Of a DNA stretch of 64,000 bases, positions 61,900 through 64,000 are shown in pieces. This DNA comes from Scyliorhinus canicula. Lineage: Eukaryota. The stretch is from the NCBI RefSeq assembly GCF_902713615.1, contig NC_052152.1, forward strand, positions 41,639,810 through 41,703,809, written 5' to 3'. The notes below the pieces were generated by a model. That model saw only the letters and a list, made by a program, of their open reading frames with translations, did not search any database and was not told the DNA's origin. A program made the translations under genes and the position numbers. Numbering within the stretch: the first letter of the stretch is position 1; every line of letters starts with the position of its first letter.

Positions 61900-62755
61900 A
61901 GATAAGGGGGGCAAGGGTGAAGGGCGTGAGGAGGTGAGGGATGAGGGGTTGATGGGTGAGGGGGTTTGGGCTGATGGGGATGAGGACAGTGCAGGTTGAG
62001 GGAGGTGAAGGGGCTGTGGGTGAGGACGGTGCAGGTTGAGGGGAGTGAGGGGGTGTGGGCTGAGGGGGTGAGGGCGGTGCGGGTTGAGGGGGGTGTGGGC
62101 TGAAGGGGGTGTGGGCTGTGTGGGTTGAGGGGGGTGAGGGGAGTGTGGGCTGATGGGATGAGGCCGGTGTGGGTTGAGGGGGTGAGGGGGGTGTGGGCTG
62201 AGGGGGTGAGGGGGTGCAGGTTGAGGTGGGTTAGGGGGGTGTGGGCTGAGGGGGTGAGGGCGGTGCAGGTTGAGGTGGGTTAGGGGGGTGTGGGCTGAAG
62301 GGGGTGAGGGCGGTGCGGGTTGAGGGGGTGAGGGGGGTGTGGGCTGAGGTGGTGTGGGCTTTGTGGGTTGAGGTGGGTTAGGGGGGTGTGGGCTGAGGGG
62401 GTGAGGGCGGTGCAGGTTGAGGTTGGTTAGGGGGGTGTGGGCTGAAGGGGGTGAGGGCGGTGCGGGTTGAGGGGGTGAGGGGGGTGTGGGCTGAGGGGGT
62501 GAGGGCGGTGCAGGTTGAGGTGGGTTAGGGGGGTGTGGGCTGAGGGGGTGAGGGCGGTGCGGGTTGAGGGGGGTGTGGGCTGAAGGGGGTGTGGGCTGTG
62601 TGGGTTGAGGGGGTGAGGGGAGTGTGGGCTGATGGGGTGAGGGCGGTGTGGGTTGAGGGGATGAGGGGGGTGTGGGCTGAAGGGGGTGAGGGCGGTGCGG
62701 GTTGACAGGGGAGTGTGGGCTGAGGGGGTGAGGGTTGACAGGGTGCGGGTTGGGG
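61900..62755. repeat. G/T-rich ~40-bp minisatellite (gggggtgtgggctgagggggtgagggcggtgc...ttga)
   Basis: Visible degenerate tandem array, strongly G-skewed. Confidence 0.9.
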
Positions 62756-62857
62756 TGGTTTGTCTACACATGTGTCATGGGGATCCACAACTAAGTGCGG
62801 CTCATTTGCTCATCTGCCGGCGACCACCTCGGCGACTTCCCTTTCCTCCGGGCAGCC

Positions 62858-63200
62858 TGATGTGTTGGGTGCTCTGGATCCAAGAAACACATGCAGGCCA
62901 CCAACACTTAAAATAGTACAACACTATTTTATTAAACTATAAACTGCTGAACATACTATTACTGTGGGTTACACGATGTTAACATTAACTAAAGACCTGT
63001 GCCTGTCCTAACCAGTTGAATCACTCAGCACGTGGTGAGAATCTGTGCTGTAAACTATGAGCTCTTATGCTTCTGAAAGGCTGTATCCTGAATGAGCGGG
63101 AAGAGTGATGCCCTCTGTCTTTATAGTGAGTGTGTTCGAAGGGGTAGGGGTGTGTGTGTATGTGTGTATGTGTGTGTGTGTGTGTGGGGGGGGGGGGGGG
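62858..63200 (-). mobile_element. Solo LTR, family B, interrupting the Harbinger Myb/SANT-like ORF
   Basis: Homologous to 36912-37320. The minus-strand ORF start AGTRAAPWFRDTELDT (63250 downward) is cut here. Confidence 0.6.
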
Positions 63201-63676
63201 GTGTCTAGCTCAGTGTCCCTGAACCACGGTGCTGCTCTCGTTCCAGCCACCTTGTTGGCTGGGGCGGTGTGTGTATGGGGGGAGGGAGGGCGGGGGGGGG
63301 GGGGGGGAGGCGGGGAATGGATTGTTTAAGTGTGGCTGCGGCGTGTGAGCCTTATATGTGGCAATCACAGACCCGGCGAAACTGGCACCTTTTTGCTTGG
63401 AACCGGTTACGTTCCACGTGGTGATGGTGCTAGCCCATTTAGAGCTGCTGAATCAGTGCAGCTGTTGCGCTGTTTTTCTTGTCGTAAAACACCGCTGTTC
63501 CCACTCCGGCGACAGCACTTAGTCTCAAAATCGGAGAATCCAGCCCAATATTTCGATTAACACATTAACGTTGCATTGCAATCTGTTCCATCAGCCACAC
63601 CCCCTCCTTCCCCAAAATAATGGTCCACGCTGTGTGGAATTATTGCTGGTGATCCTTCAGTTTAGGGTGAAGTATT

Positions 63677-63893
63677 TTTTTAACTTTAGAGCACCCAATT
63701 CTTATTTTTCCCATTAAGGGTCAATTTAGTAGGGCCCACCACCGAGCCTGCATAGCTTTTTGGATTGTGGGGGTGAGACCCATGCAGACATGGGTGGAAT
63801 GTACAAACTCCACACGGACAGTGACCTGGATCGAACCCGAGTCCACGTCGTCATGAGGCAGCAGTGCTAATCATTGCGCCACCATGCTGCCCT
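63677..63893 (-). mobile_element. HE1-type SINE
   Basis: Reverse complement of the SINE head and core. Confidence 0.8.
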
Positions 63894-64000
63894 TATAGTG
63901 AAGTAATATTGGCGGCTTTTTGAAATTGGACCATAAATTTCAAATATTTATTTCTAAAGCCTGAAAAGTCTAATTTTGCTGTATTTTCTTTCAGATGAGA

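Larger units (their letters stand above)
57983..63546 (+). mobile_element. PIF/Harbinger DNA transposon (degenerate): HARBI1-like transposase on +, Myb/SANT-like ORF on -
   Basis: TIRs gggcgggattctc / gagaatccagccc. Contains the two convergent ORFs typical of Harbinger, plus nested solo LTRs and minisatellites. Confidence 0.88.

Overview
Vertebrate genomic DNA, very likely a shark: HE1/V-SINE-type SINEs, CR1 and L1 LINEs, and GC-rich Harbinger elements (catshark is a guess). Most of the window is transposon-derived, and the longest ORFs in the track (42-47 kb, 58 kb, 3 kb) are tandem-repeat artefacts. One multi-exon host gene can be assembled on the + strand from splice signals and phases: leader (350-405), germline-joined VJ Ig domain (1720-2079), C1-set Ig domain (4168-4473), uncharged TM (26199-26303) and a cytoplasmic exon with an ITIM, VIYSLL (37504-37622). 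This predicts a non-rearranging, antigen-receptor-like (VJ-C1) inhibitory receptor of about 314 aa. Its V domain shows CD28/CTLA-4-like hallmarks, and an RSS-like motif overlaps the end of the VJ exon. The best leader exon is one base out of frame. The introns hold a near full-length CR1, two full-length or near full-length L1s with TSDs, solo LTRs, SINEs and Harbinger-type MITEs. Downstream lie a 4.4-kb 24-bp minisatellite and a degenerate two-ORF Harbinger transposon. The window ends at what may be the leader exon of a tandem paralogue. No database searches were possible; family assignments rest on motif recognition.
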